Below are positions 1 through 11,959 of a stretch of DNA of 64,000 nt, piece after piece. The DNA is from Felis catus (Eukaryota), in the NCBI RefSeq assembly GCF_018350175.1, contig NC_058368.1, positions 177,074,001-177,138,000 of the forward strand, read 5' to 3'. Position numbers and translations under genes: made by a program. The notes below the pieces were generated by a model. The model saw nothing but the letters and a program-made list of their open reading frames with translations, had not been told where the DNA came from and made no database searches. Numbering within the stretch: position 1 is the first letter of the stretch; the number at the start of each line of letters is the position of its first letter.

Positions 1-639
1 AGGGCTTCTGTCTCTCTGCTGGGCCTCGACAGTTTGGGTTTGGGTGTTGTCCTTTTTAGACACATCCCTGGAGGTAGCCGAGCTGAGGCAGTGCGGGAGG
101 TTGTCTCTGCTTTTTCTCTGCCGGGGCTGTTTACACAGCAGTGTTCTGGGCCTAATCAGCCACGGGAGGGTCTGCCCTGTCAGCCCCACTTGCCTGGGGA
201 TTCCGGGGTTGGCATCCAGGGCAACTGCCCAGCTCACCCGCACCTCTGTCAGAGGGCTTTCTTCCCCATGGCTTCCGCCTCTGCTTCCTAAGGACCCTGG
301 GGTGCTCGTGGGAGGCAGTGGGGCAGATTGTCCTGCCTCAAGAAAGACTCCTGGCCATGCTGAAAAGCCACTGATTTGGTCAGTATGTAGTGTGCCCTGA
401 TGAAAACCTGGTATTCCCAGAAGCCTGTGCCTGCATTCTTTGCCTCTGCCACATCTGCTTCAGCAACTGCAGGGAAGTGTCCTGTGGCTTCCTGCTCAAA
501 TTCATGCGTGAAGTTGTGCAGTGTGAGGCTCGGGAACCTTTGGGAACTGATTCTCACCCTCCGTCCCAAAAGCTGTGCCCTGTGGGGATGCAGGAGGGAA
601 TAGGGTTGGCGGGGGGTGCAAAGTGAGCCATGAAGGCCT

Positions 640-760
640 CTCCAGCTATGCTGCTGCTGGTGGTGACGGTGGTCGTGGTGGTGACAGTGGCAGCGATGGT
701 GGCGGCAAATGGTGTTGGAGGCGATAACAACGATGTGGATGATAGCTGCCATACTTGGAG
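640..760. repeat. Degenerate (GTG/GCG/GAT)n trinucleotide low-complexity tract
   Basis: ctgctgctgctggtggtgacggtggtcgtggtggtgacagtggcagcgatggtggcggc; explains the poly-Val/His/Thr ORFs here. Confidence 0.7.
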
Positions 761-789
761 CACTTCTTGTAATGCTTCTCACAACCATA

Positions 790-925
790 CTGTTATTCCC
801 AGTATACAGATGAGCACGCTGAGGCTTAGAGAGGTTAAGCGACTTGCCCAAGGTGGTGGTGGAGGCAGGATTTCATCCCAGGCACCCTGGCTGCAGAATG
901 TAAAGCCAGTACTCTAACCACTACA
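790..925 (+). mobile_element. MIR SINE fragment
   Basis: MIR core: tacagatgagcacgctgaggcttagagaggttaagcgacttgcccaaggt; orientation given as read, not against the consensus. Confidence 0.75.
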
Positions 926-1059
926 CTCTCCTGCCTCGCATGATTAGTAAGCCCTTTTGGAACCACACTCAAGACCTTTTGGAACCACACAGCAGCCAGA
1001 CTGCTCCCTTTAAGGGGTGAGGGGTGAGTGTTAATGCCACTGCTCTGCTGCGCCCTCCA

Positions 1060-1600
1060 GCAGCTTCCGAGAAGAAAGTCTCAGTTTCTCACTACAGGCT
1101 GGGGGGACCCTGCATGCACCACCCTGCCCTTCCTCCTCTGGCCCCTCCTCTCTCCTCTCCCCAAAGCCCTGCCTCCTCGGACTTCCAGCCGTGCCTCCAG
1201 CACACAAGCTCAGTCCTGCCCCAGGGCCCTCGCGCTCTGCTGCTCCCCCTGCCTGGAATTCTCCGTGCCCAGATCTTTCCTTGGCCAGCCCCTTCACCTC
1301 CCTCAGGTCTCAGCTCAAATATCACCTCCTCTTGGAGGCCCCGCTGACCGCAGACTAAGTAGCCTCCACCGCCCAGCCCAGGCCCACGCGGTTCCAGCCT
1401 CTTGCTGTCCCATTACCTGATCTGACTTGATCTGTTTGTGGGTTGGCCACGCGTCTGTTGTCTCTCCCCCTCAGCTGCAAGCCCGTAGGGGCAAGGACCT
1501 TGCCTATCCTGTTGTTGAGCCTTATCTCAGATCTCAGCACGTGGCACAGCATGTGGCTGTGGCAGGAATCAGATAGTCAATGGGAGCATGGGAGAGAAAG
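1060..1600 (+). mobile_element. L2 LINE 3' fragment
   Basis: Typical L2 text: cctgcctggaattctcc...ccctcaggtctcagctcaaatatcacctcctc...ctcagcacgtggcacag. Confidence 0.6.
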
Positions 1601-2132
1601 GAAAGAGATGAAATACTTAAAATCTTTACTACTTTGGACTAGAGAAAGCCCGGCTGGTGTAGGGCTCTTTAAAAGGAGTGAGGTTTGGTGCTTTTCACAT
1701 GTGCAGAGTTAGGTGACCAAGTGGAATGGGGTGGTGCCTCGTGAGCCTCCACAAATGAACTGTTGTAAACGAACAAGCAGATAAAAATGATTTGTAATGG
1801 ACCTATCAGTTGTGAATGTGTTTACAGGGTGCTAGAAAATTTATTCTTCGTCATTTACATACTTCCTGCAATCTCGTTGACACTGTTCCTCCGCTGATAA
1901 ATTTTCTGACCGTAAAGGTGGCAGATGTCATCAGAGCCTTCCTCTACATTTCAAATGAACAAACTCCAATTTAATGACTGCCCCCCCCCCCCCCGCCCCG
2001 CCATACACACTCCTGGTGCTGGGGGTTGGGTGCCCAAGGACAGATTTCTACCAGGGAGATGCTTGTGCCGATGTAACATCTGCTGAGGCCTTGAAAACTT
2101 TGGTGTTTTGCAAGGTGTGTAAAAGAACCTTC

Positions 2133-2323
2133 TTTCTTTCCCCTCCCTCCCTCCCTCCCTCCCTCCCTCCCTCCCTTCCTTCCTTCCTTCCTTCCTTCCT
2201 TCCTTCCTTCCTTCCTTCCTTCCTTCCCTCTCCCTTCCTTCCTCTCTCTTTCTCTCTCTATTCCTTCCTTCCTTCCTTCCTTCCTTCCTTCCTTCCTTCC
2301 TTCCTTCCTTCCTTCCTTCCTTC
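2133..2323. repeat. (CCTT)n/(CCCT)n polypyrimidine microsatellite
   Basis: ~190 nt of almost pure pyrimidine, directly abutting the tail end of an antisense CanSINE. Confidence 0.95.
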
Positions 2324-2486
2324 GAGTGAGCCAGAGAGAGGGGGCAGAAAGAGACAGGGGTAGAGAGAGAGAGAATCTCAAGCAGGCTCTGCACTGACAC
2401 AGGGCTTGAATTTGCAAACCATAAGATCATCACCTGAGCCAAAACCAAGAGTCAGATGCTTAACTGACTGATCCACCCAGGGGCCC
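2324..2486 (-). mobile_element. CanSINE (tRNA-derived carnivore SINE)
   Basis: Reverse complement of gggcccctgggtggatcagtcagttaagcatctgactcttgg...; TSD agaaccttc at 2124 and 2487. Confidence 0.9.
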
Positions 2487-2905
2487 AGAACCTTCCTTTT
2501 TTAAAGATGCAGTGTTTCTGTAAATGCCTAGGAATAGAACATATACAGCTTTGCCTTAAGAATTTGCAAATACATGGGGCGCCTGTTTGGGCTAAAACAC
2601 TTCCTTGTACCTTATTTCGTTTAATCCTTACGATCTCCCTGTAGGTTTGGCATTATTATCTCCACTTTGGAGATGAGCCTGCAACTCAGAGAGGGAAAGT
2701 GACTTGCCCAGTGTCACATAGCCGGTGAGTGGCAGAGCCACTCTCCTACCACCCACAGGACTTTGTGAGCTGCCCCTGGCCCACCTGTACCAAGTGTATG
2801 TTCACATTTCTCTCAGAGATGCCGTTGGCCTTCTCTGCCTGGGAGATCGTCTCCCCTCCGCCTCTGCCTCCTCCTCCTGTACCCTCCAGCCCAAAGTAGT
2901 TCTAA

Positions 2906-3124
<219 letters not shown>

Positions 3125-3339
3125 TGAGAGGGAACGTGCTGGGGTGCAGGAAGGATTCCTGTTCTCCCACGGCTTAGAGGCTACAGGCTCCCGTATCGCA
3201 GGTTACGTGAGTCGGCTCACGGGCCGGGGTGAGGCAGCAGAGTGTATTGGCCAGATTCTGTAAGTTTTCAGGAAAGAGCAGTAATCTGGATTTTCACTTG
3301 GGACCTTCCAATTTTCAAAAGTTGGTAGCTGAGTCATTA

Positions 3340-3660
3340 CTTCCCAGCCTTTTTCCTGTTGTGGCTCACATACAAAATGAAAATGTTTTAGCACACTGTG
3401 GGGTAAATGCAGATAAAGGCTGCACGTGACCGGAGGCAACAAGCCGAGGGGCTCCGGGTGCCCCAGACAGACCCTGTTTGGCTTCTCACGTGCCCAGGGG
3501 ACCCATGTCTTGGCACATTTGCAACCCATCTGTAGCTTCAGCACTTGGCTGAATTTAAGTTTAAATTAAAGCTAATTTAAAAATTTAAAAACATCTGAGC
3601 CAAGCAAAACACGTCCGTGGGCTGGATTCTGTCCTGAGCTGCCGCTTACATCCCTGGTCT
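3340..3660. mobile_element. hAT-Charlie type DNA transposon remnant (Charlie4-like)
   Basis: cttcccagcctttttcctgttgtggctcacatacaaaatgaaaatg...aaacacgtccgtgggctggattctg resembles recalled Charlie-family termini. Confidence 0.45.
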
Positions 3661-4639
3661 AAGCTGTTTGGGAAGGGCCTCTTCCAAGAGGGAAACTTGA
3701 GGTGCAGGTGGTGTTGTGGACCGAGTGAGGCAGGGGCTGGCCTTGTCTAGAGGGAATGGGCAGTACGGTGCTGTCTGGAGGTTAACGGGATCCCGGGAGG
3801 AGCCAGAGGCTAGTGTGAATCCTTACTAGGGTGAAGAAGGGAAGACCGAGGAGGACGAGCAGAACCAGCACAGTAGCCACAGCCTTTTACTGAGCCCTTG
3901 CTGCGTGCTGGGCACTCTGCAACTCTGATAGGAGGACCAGGGCTCCATTTAATAGATAGGAAGACTGAGGTCCGAGCAATGAAGTGGCTGGTTGAGCTGA
4001 TAGGAGGCACAGCCAGGTGTAGGAGAACCATGGTGGGAGAGGGAGGTGGTGGGTCTGGGGCCTGGCTCCAGGAGGTGGCAGCAGGCAGCGAGGTTGGGGA
4101 GGGAAGCAGCAAGCAGTTACGCTGGCGGGTTCTCTGCAGGTAGGAGGCTGCTCCTTGTCATGAGGGCGGTGGGGCTAATGAGGGTTTCAGGCAAGGACAT
4201 TGGTGTGGGGATGATAGGATCAGATCTGAATTTCTGAACCATCACCCTAGGGGTGTTGAATAGGAGGTGGATTAGAGTTGCTTCTGGAAGCTTCCATATC
4301 CAAGGTTAAAAACTAGCGGCCACTGGGACCCAAGGGAGTGCTAATGGTGTGATTCCGTTAATATCTAAAACCCAGCAAACTCACTTGTAACACTTAGAGA
4401 TCAATGTCAGGACAACTATTATGTTAAGGGGAGGGACAGACATGGAAGGGGGTCTCTCTGGTGGGCAGTGTTCCATTCCTAATGTGGAAGGCGGCTAAGT
4501 GGGTGCTCACTTTGTTCATTCATCAGACATTTATGTTTTATTCACAGAACTGGGTGTTGTATTTAACAATAGCAACATTTCCAGTACTTTGCACCCCTCT
4601 CCCCAAAGAAAAAGCTCTAAAGAAAAAACAAAACAAAAC

Positions 4640-4930
4640 TTTAAAAACTCAGTGGCTGATAGGCTGAGTCCAGCCCCTGGATAGTTTGGGTTTAGTTTTT
4701 ACGCAGCTAAAAAAGACAAAAAAACAAAAAACTGGAATTAGTTGCTGTCGGAAAGTCAGAAGGTGTCAGGTAAAAATCCGGATTCCAGCTTGTTTTAAAA
4801 CAGTTGGAAGGTCTGTCCACAGGGGAGCCATTTTTCTTATATTGTCACAATTAGCTGCAGCAGAGTAGCCACTGGCACCTTTAGACAGGGCATCAGCTGT
4901 CCAGCTGGCCACAGTTGCCTCCAGTCCTAG
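4640..4930. mobile_element. MER102-like hAT-Charlie element
   Basis: aaaaatccggattccagcttg...cagctgtccagctggccacagt; similar to the copy at 32700-32945. Confidence 0.5.
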
Positions 4931-5162
4931 GAGGAGAAGCGGGCACCAAACTAACTCACAATAAGTAGTAATTTTATTGTTGGTTGGCCGGTAGGGAGTG
5001 GTGAAGACTGTGGCTCACTGGAGAGGGATACCTCCTCTGCTTCCTGGGTCCTGGCCTACTTGACCTCGTGGGTGTCTGCCTCTCCAGCCCTACTGCATCT
5101 TGGACTCTGGCCTGGGACATGACATCGCATGGTCTTGACTTGTTTTTATTTTTCTTCCCTAG

Positions 5163-5708
5163 CCTCTGGGGAACCATACTCGAGACTCTTCTGAGGTGAG
5201 TCAGCTGAGTCTCAATACCGACAAGCTTCTCAAAGAATCATCTTTCACCTCACTGCCGCCCAGCCAGCCCCAGGACAACGTGAACGGGCCCAGCCAGCCC
5301 TCTGGGGACAGATCCCCCCAAAGCGCCAGCCCCCCGGACGTGGCTCCTGGAGACGAGAATGGCCTGGCAGTGCCAGCACCTCTCCGGAAGTCCCGGCCAG
5401 TGTCCATGGATGCCAGAATTCAGGTTTCCGGGGAGAAGCAAGTCGCTGACCAGGGCGGGGACCTCAGTCCAGCGGCCAACAGGTCCCAAAAAGCCAGCCA
5501 GAGCCGTCCCAACAGCAGCGCCCTGGAGACCTTGGTTGCCGAGAAGCTGGCCAACGGCAGCCTGGAGCTCCCCATCCAGGCAGCTCCGGGCCCTTCCAAG
5601 AGGGACTCGGACTGTGGCAGCCTGTCCACCAACCAGAGTGGGGACTACAGCACCTCCCTCTCAGCTGACCTGTCCCTAAACAGAGAAACAGGCTCCCTGT
5701 CCGTCAAG
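5163..5708 (+). CDS. STK10: STK10 coding exon (probable exon 9, 546 nt), Pro/Ser-rich linker
   Basis: ttccctag|CCT...AAG|gtaatg; [15 protein letters not shown]...[15 protein letters not shown]...[18 protein letters not shown]...GSLSVK; overlaps ORF 5196..5813. Confidence 0.96.
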
Positions 5709-8049
5709 GTAATGCCACCTCTTGTACTGCAGTCTGTGGGCTGTGCTGCTGCCCGGGCTTGGTTTTTGAAAGCGTTTAGCTGGTGGCTGCCTTCCATCTT
5801 AAGTGGTTCGTGACGATGGCTTTTCTTGAAAGATCTTTGAGCTCCAGCTCATAGTTTAATCTCCAGAATATCTGGATTCAGTCTGGGATTTAGTCATGCC
5901 AGGCGGTTGGTTCAATTTGTGTAGCCATTTCAGTTGGGTTCAGTTAAAGGCCCGGGTGAAATTCGGGAGAGAAGTCTAGGAAAGAAGTTCTCTTATTTTG
6001 GGGTCCGCCGTGTGGTGCAGCTGCTGACTGGGAGATTCGGTTATCGGCAGTGGGCTCAAGGCGCTCTGTGGGGTCAGTGGCCTTTCTGGACGTGGGTAAC
6101 ATCGTGAATGGCAGCAGCCACTGTGCTTAAGGCCTCAGCATGGAGGCCAACACCGTGAAGCGCTTTGAAGACAATGGAGGTTCCATTTCTCAATGTACAG
6201 ATGAGCAAACGGATGCTTAGGTGGGAAGTGGAGGGCTGGTGAGACCCACGGACTTTGTGCTCTGAACCCCACATGCCGATCTGCTTTCCCAGTGCAAGGC
6301 TGGCCGCCTCCCCAGGGTGAGCTGACCCCTCCCCTGCCTGCTCTGATACATGTCAGGGTGTTCTTGAACTCACTGTTGGCCACTTGACTAGGCCACACTG
6401 AGGATCTCCCCCAAGCAAGGCTGATTTTAGGGAAGATACTGTATCATTTGGTTTTTTTCTCCCATTGTCTACCTGGTGGAAACCACACAGTAGAGACTCC
6501 AAAATATTTGCTGAATGAAAGGAAGTGAAAGAAGGAAAAGCAGCTGGCCAGCCCAACAATTAGCCTCAGGACCAGAAAGATAGCATGGTTCTAACACGTG
6601 ACCAGGACAGGCACAGACATACACGGCTCTTCTACACACATAGCATCAGGGCCCATCATCTTCCTTCAGACAGATGTCCTGTCTCTTCTCTAGTTAAAAA
6701 AAACAAAAAACAAAAACACTAAGAAAAAGCAACAACAAAAAAAAGGTAATTAAAAAAAAAAAAGGGCAGAGCAGGGTCTCCCCTGCCTGTTCTCAAGGGT
6801 GTTGAGAATATTCCTTTGCTGGCTGACTGGCAGTGAGTCGGGGAACGCGGCTGTGCTGATAAAAGTCCATGGGCTGCATCAGCACACTTGGGTGAGATAA
6901 AGGGCTTGTTACCTCGGGGGCAGGAGGCCCTGTGATCAGGGTTTCAGGGTGAGGGCCGCAGCCCCAGGCCACCTTTCTTCCCAGCCGCTCCCCATTTCTC
7001 ACCGCCAATCTTGGTTGGGCCCTAGGACATGTGACTGTAGGAAGATGAGAGTCAGGTGTGGCTGATGGGAACAGGTGGAAGCCTTGGGGTGGGGGTGGGG
7101 GGAGCCGAGCCCTCAGGGAGTAAGGACCGTCCGCTGGTCCTGGCTGAGCAGGAGTGGGGGTTCAGCACACGCTTTGAGGGCGCAGAGACCTATGGCAGGG
7201 TGCCACCCTGGCCTGCCCTCCTTTTTCTGGCTAGAAGGCCCTTGGAAGCCAGTGGAGGTCAGAGGGAGAGATGCCATGATGACTCCAGCTGCAGGCCCAC
7301 AGGCTCTCAGTTGAATCAGGACACGTCCAGGAGTCCCAGCAGCATTTTGTGAGTGCTTGCGTCTGAAATGTGTGGTTATTCACAGGAAAAGGTCATGAAT
7401 AATTTCATGGCTCGGATGGGCGTGGCCTCCTGTGGAGTTCAGGTCAGCTCAGGTTTGGCTTCCAAAACAGTTATGAACTTCAGTTTGCCAGGCTGTTTGG
7501 ATTTTGGCACTTTGGGTAAAAGATTGTGGTCTACGGTAATAACTGTGAGCTATAAATACCAACGTACTGCACAATTGCCATGAGCTGGGCTCTGTGCTGT
7601 GTCCCCCACGCATTCTCTCACTGTACCTTTGTAACCGTCTTGGGCGAGGCAAGTACTGCTGTTCTCTTCCTCTGACAAGTTGAGGAAGCTGAGGCTTGGA
7701 CAGGACAAGGGACTTGTTCAGAGTCACAGAGCCAGTAGGTGGTAGAGGCAAGATTGGAACCCTGACCATTCTGGTGCCATGTCCTGTATGTGAGTGTGCT
7801 GGCAGCCAGGTGTGGGGCCAGCAAGTAGTATCCGAAGGCCAAGATCAGGGGGATCGGGGTGGGGGGTGGTAAGCCCAGACACTCAGGACCCCAAGTTGAG
7901 AAGCTTGAGGCAAAAGGGGGATGATGGACAGCTATGTCCTATCTGGACGTCGAGGCTGTGGGGCCAAGAAGGCTCCGCGCCACACTCCTGTGTCACCCAC
8001 AGATTCCTAGCTGATCCTGAGCTTTACCTAATGGTTTTACCCTGCCCAG

Positions 8050-8180
8050 GACTCAAGGCTGCACAACAAAACCCTCAAGAGGACACGCAAGTTTGTGGTG
8101 GATGGCGTAGAGGTGAGCATCACCACCTCCAAGATCATCAGCGAGGATGAGAAGAAGGATGAGGAGATGCGATTTCTCAG
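8050..8180 (+). CDS. STK10: STK10 coding exon (probable exon 10, 131 nt), ends at a GC donor
   Basis: cctgcccag|GAC...CTCAG|gcaagc; [43 protein letters not shown](R). Confidence 0.95.
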
Positions 8181-8327
8181 GCAAGCCTGGGAAGGGCCAG
8201 TGATCGCTGTAACAGAGTGGGGGTGTGGTGAGAGGGAAGGGTGTAGGTTCCTTTGGTTAGGGAGCTATGTACAGCTCTGAAGTAAGGGATCAGGACATAA
8301 AAGGAAACTGGTTTTGCTCCTGCACTT

Positions 8328-8760
8328 CCCAATCCACTCAACCATCCATCTACCCACCCACCTATCCATTCATTCACCCACCTGCCCATACATTTACCTG
8401 TTCACCCACTCATCTACCCACCACCCATCCACTCACCCACACATATCCATCCACCACCTACCCATCCACTTACCCATCCATCTACCTATATCTATCCACC
8501 CACTCATCTGCCCACCATCCATCCATCCTCCCACGCACGCATCCACCTACCCATCTATCCATCCATCCATCTGCTCACCTACCCATTCATCCACTCACTC
8601 ACCCATCTACTCACCCACCTACCCACCCACCTTTCCATCCATCTACCCACCTGCCCATCCATATACCCATCTACCCATCCATCTACTCATTTACCCATCC
8701 CTCCACTCATCTACCCACCCATCCATCAGTCCACCTACCCATGTAGTTACCCACCCACCA
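8328..8760. repeat. Degenerate (CCAT/CCAC/TCAC)n tetranucleotide repeat
   Basis: ~430 nt of ccatccatctacccacccacc... units; source of the His/Pro/Thr-rich ORFs. Confidence 0.92.
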
Positions 8761-9836
8761 GGGTGGGGTATATGGTGGTGACCCAGATAGCTGAGGCTGT
8801 TGCCATTGTAGAACCTGGACCGAATGGGCCAACACAGGATACACAAGATAATCCACAGTAGTGGTACACGCCATGAGGGAAGTAGTGGGTGATAGGACAG
8901 CAAGCCCTGGGCTGGCGGAGGCTTCTCTGTGTGTGGGAAACAACCTGAGTGGAGTGGCTGGGGGAGCACAGAGGGGCCTGCGAGGCTAAGGCCCAAGCAG
9001 TGACTGCTGGGCTTATTTAGGGAGCTGAGACGATAGGGCTGGAGTGTGGAATGTGAGGGTAGAGGTCACATGGGCCTGTGGGCCAGGGTGGAGGAGGGTT
9101 GATTCTGTCCCAGGCACAGCCAGAATGAAACAGCTGGAGAGTGACTGGCTCTCATGTCCCTTTTGAAAGATGGCTCTGGCTGCTGTATGAGTGTGGGCTG
9201 TAGAGGGGCAAGGTGGACTTAGGGTGACAGGGAGACCCCGCCCAGGACAGTTGGGTTGTAGGCTTGGGCTGGGGCAGTGACCAAGAAGAGGGAAGAAGTG
9301 GGCAGTTCAACATGCATTTTGGAGGCAACAGCACTGAGACTGGTGAGGCGGGGAGAGTGTGAGGCACAGCTGTCTGCTGTGAACCATTTCTGCACTTTGG
9401 AGGTGCTCAGGCCCCCTAACGGTCTTCCATGGGAGACCCTATTCCCCCCATTTTGTAAATGACAAAACTGTTTTTTGGCAGGTAAGTACTTGCCCCGGTT
9501 CACTCAGGTGCGAAGGTAGAGCTGAGATTCTAACTAGACCCATGTGAAGATTCTACCAGGCTTCCACTGGACTGGAAGCTTCCTGGGGCTGCCAGGGAGA
9601 GGCTTAGCTCCCCCTGGAGCTCCCTTGGGGCCAGGCCTTTGCAGGGTAAATTCATGATTAGTTTGGAGAACAATTTCTAGAATGTCAGACACATTGATAC
9701 TTATAAAAAGCACAAGCATTCCAAAGCCAAATGGAAGCGGTTTTGGATGCTCTGGGGTACTTCCCCCTCTAGGGACCACAGAGATGAAATGCTGCCTTTT
9801 CATTAGTGGTGTTTCTGCACGAATACACATACACGT

Positions 9837-9838
<2 letters not shown>

Positions 9839-9869
<31 letters not shown>
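9839..9869. repeat. (CA)n microsatellite
   Basis: Uninterrupted acacac... run. Confidence 0.95.
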
Positions 9870-9873
<4 letters not shown>

Positions 9874-10976
9874 CATCCTCATCATGTGGGCTGGGGAAGC
9901 TCAGGCAGGGGGTGGGAGGATGGTTGCTTTTGGAGGATGACACCACCTTCCATTTTCACAGTCACCTGGGAGGCAACCTCTCTCCTAAGTGTCAGACCTC
10001 ACTGGCTGAGTTTCCTTTCCATCATCTCCGGTTTGGGCTTCTGGGTTGACATTCTAGATCCACCATACCCCATCTAGAATGGATGCCCTCTGGCCCTGGC
10101 CGGCTGTGTGCTGCTCAGGTTTGAAAGGTGAGACTTCGCAGAGGTTGAGAAGCTTTTCTTATTTGCCTGTCATGGTCCAGAGGGCTGAGTGTTCCGAATA
10201 TCGAATACCACCCCCCACCCCCAGCCTTGTTCTGCAGGGGTGCGGAAGGCTCTCATTGTTTCCTGGCTGGCAGTCCCCGCCTCCTTCCCCTCCCTCCTTG
10301 TCCCTGTAATACCTGGATTCGAGGATTTCCAGAGGATTGGGTCACACACAGGCTTTTGAACCATGTGATCAGATATTCACTCTCCCAGGTTGAGGCTTCT
10401 AGGTCAGAGTTTTTCCTGTTTTTCCCTAAGATTGCCAGTGCCAATGCCCGCCTTCTTAAGAATCAGCCTGTCTCTTGTCCTGCCTTCCCTTGTGAGAACT
10501 CAGGTGGGGCAGGGAGGTAATGTTAGAACCTGGCTGCCCACCTTCTTTTGTATGCCTTTGCTCTTTGGTCAGTTGTTCTCTGAGTCAGTTTCTCTGGAGT
10601 CAGGATTTCTATTTCTTCATTAACACTCTCAACCCTCTCGCTGCCCCAAGAGCAGAGGCTCGGATGGAAGCTTCCTTATGTGGCTATTTTGCCTCTTCTT
10701 TCTCATGCTCACTCCAGCAGCTCCCACTTAGTTTGTTAGTAACAAACTTAGCACGTTTTACCTCTTAGTTACCATGTTGGCATTACCTGCGGTAGACATT
10801 ATCTGCACATTTTACAGATGACGGAACAGGGGCCTAGAGTTTGAGTGACTGACTGAAGGCGCCCAGCAGAAAGTCAGCAGAGCTACGATTCAAACAAGGT
10901 CCCTCCTGAGGGGCCACCAGGGAGTCCTGATTCATAGTCAGGAGGTCCAGGTTCCTTCTGCATCATTTTCTTTTCT

Positions 10977-11195
10977 TTTTTCTTTTATTATTTTTTAAAT
11001 GTTTATTTATTTTTGAGAGAGAGACAGACCACAAGTGGGAGAGGGCAGAGACAGAGGGAGACACAGAATCTAAAGCAGGATCCAGGCTCTGAGCTGTCAG
11101 CACAGAGCCTGACGCAGGGCTCGAACCCACGAACTGTGAGATCGTGACCTGAGCCGAAGTCAGAAGCTTAACCGACTGAGCCACTCAGGAGCCCC
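10977..11195 (-). mobile_element. CanSINE (felid type)
   Basis: T-rich tail, (GA)n tract and reverse-complement head ...gactgagccactcaggagcccc. Confidence 0.92.
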
Positions 11196-11959
11196 ATAAT
11201 TTTCTTTTCTGATGACATAAATGATACATACCAGTCTTTAATGGATTTGTCCAGAAACACAATTAACGCTTTGAAGTTTATCCTGCGATTATTTTTTTTC
11301 TGTGAATAAACACATGTACACATCACCAATAATGTGATATAAAATTAAGGTCTATTATGTGGTTTAGGTCAGGTTTTTATTGTATTATATTTTGAATAGG
11401 TAATATAATATCATGGTTCAAAATTCAAAAAAAAAAAAACAACAAAAAAGGAGAGGGTAAACTGTGAAAAATCTCCCTCCCTTTTCTGCCAGCAACCAGT
11501 TCCCCTATCTGTGTTAATATTTTATGTAAAACTTGATTTTTTTTCATGGTTGTGTATACAAAATTAACATCATATGGATACCAGATGCATACATTTTAAT
11601 TTATTTAATTAGACATAGATAATGGACATTTAAGTCATTTCAAATTTTGTGCTATTCTAAATAATTTTGTTATGGATATCCTTATTCAGTTGTGCTGTGT
11701 ATCTATAAATATTTCTTTAGAATTAATATCTAGAAATGGAAATACTGTGTTAAAAGGCATGAACTTATTACCAAACTGTCTGCCAGAAATGTACCAATTT
11801 ATACTTATGAGCAGGTTATGAAAGTATCAACTTCCCCTATAGTCTAGCCTTTTTAATGAAAACAATTTTTAATTTGCATTTCATATCCATATTAGGTAAA
11901 TTTAAATTTTTTTGTTTTTGTTTTTTGGTTCATGTCTACTTATGTTTTGTGTCCCTTTT

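Noticed and set aside
288..917. ORFs with poly-His/Gln/Val runs (187 aa minus, 95 aa plus)
   Set aside because: They arise from a degenerate trinucleotide tract plus a MIR; no recognisable protein or splice context
1951..2448. ORFs with (RKEG)n or (LPSF)n repeats
   Set aside because: Translations of the (CCTT)n microsatellite and the adjacent SINE
8267..8996. His/Pro/Thr-rich ORFs of 100-160 aa
   Set aside because: Stop-poor translations of the (CCAT)n repeat
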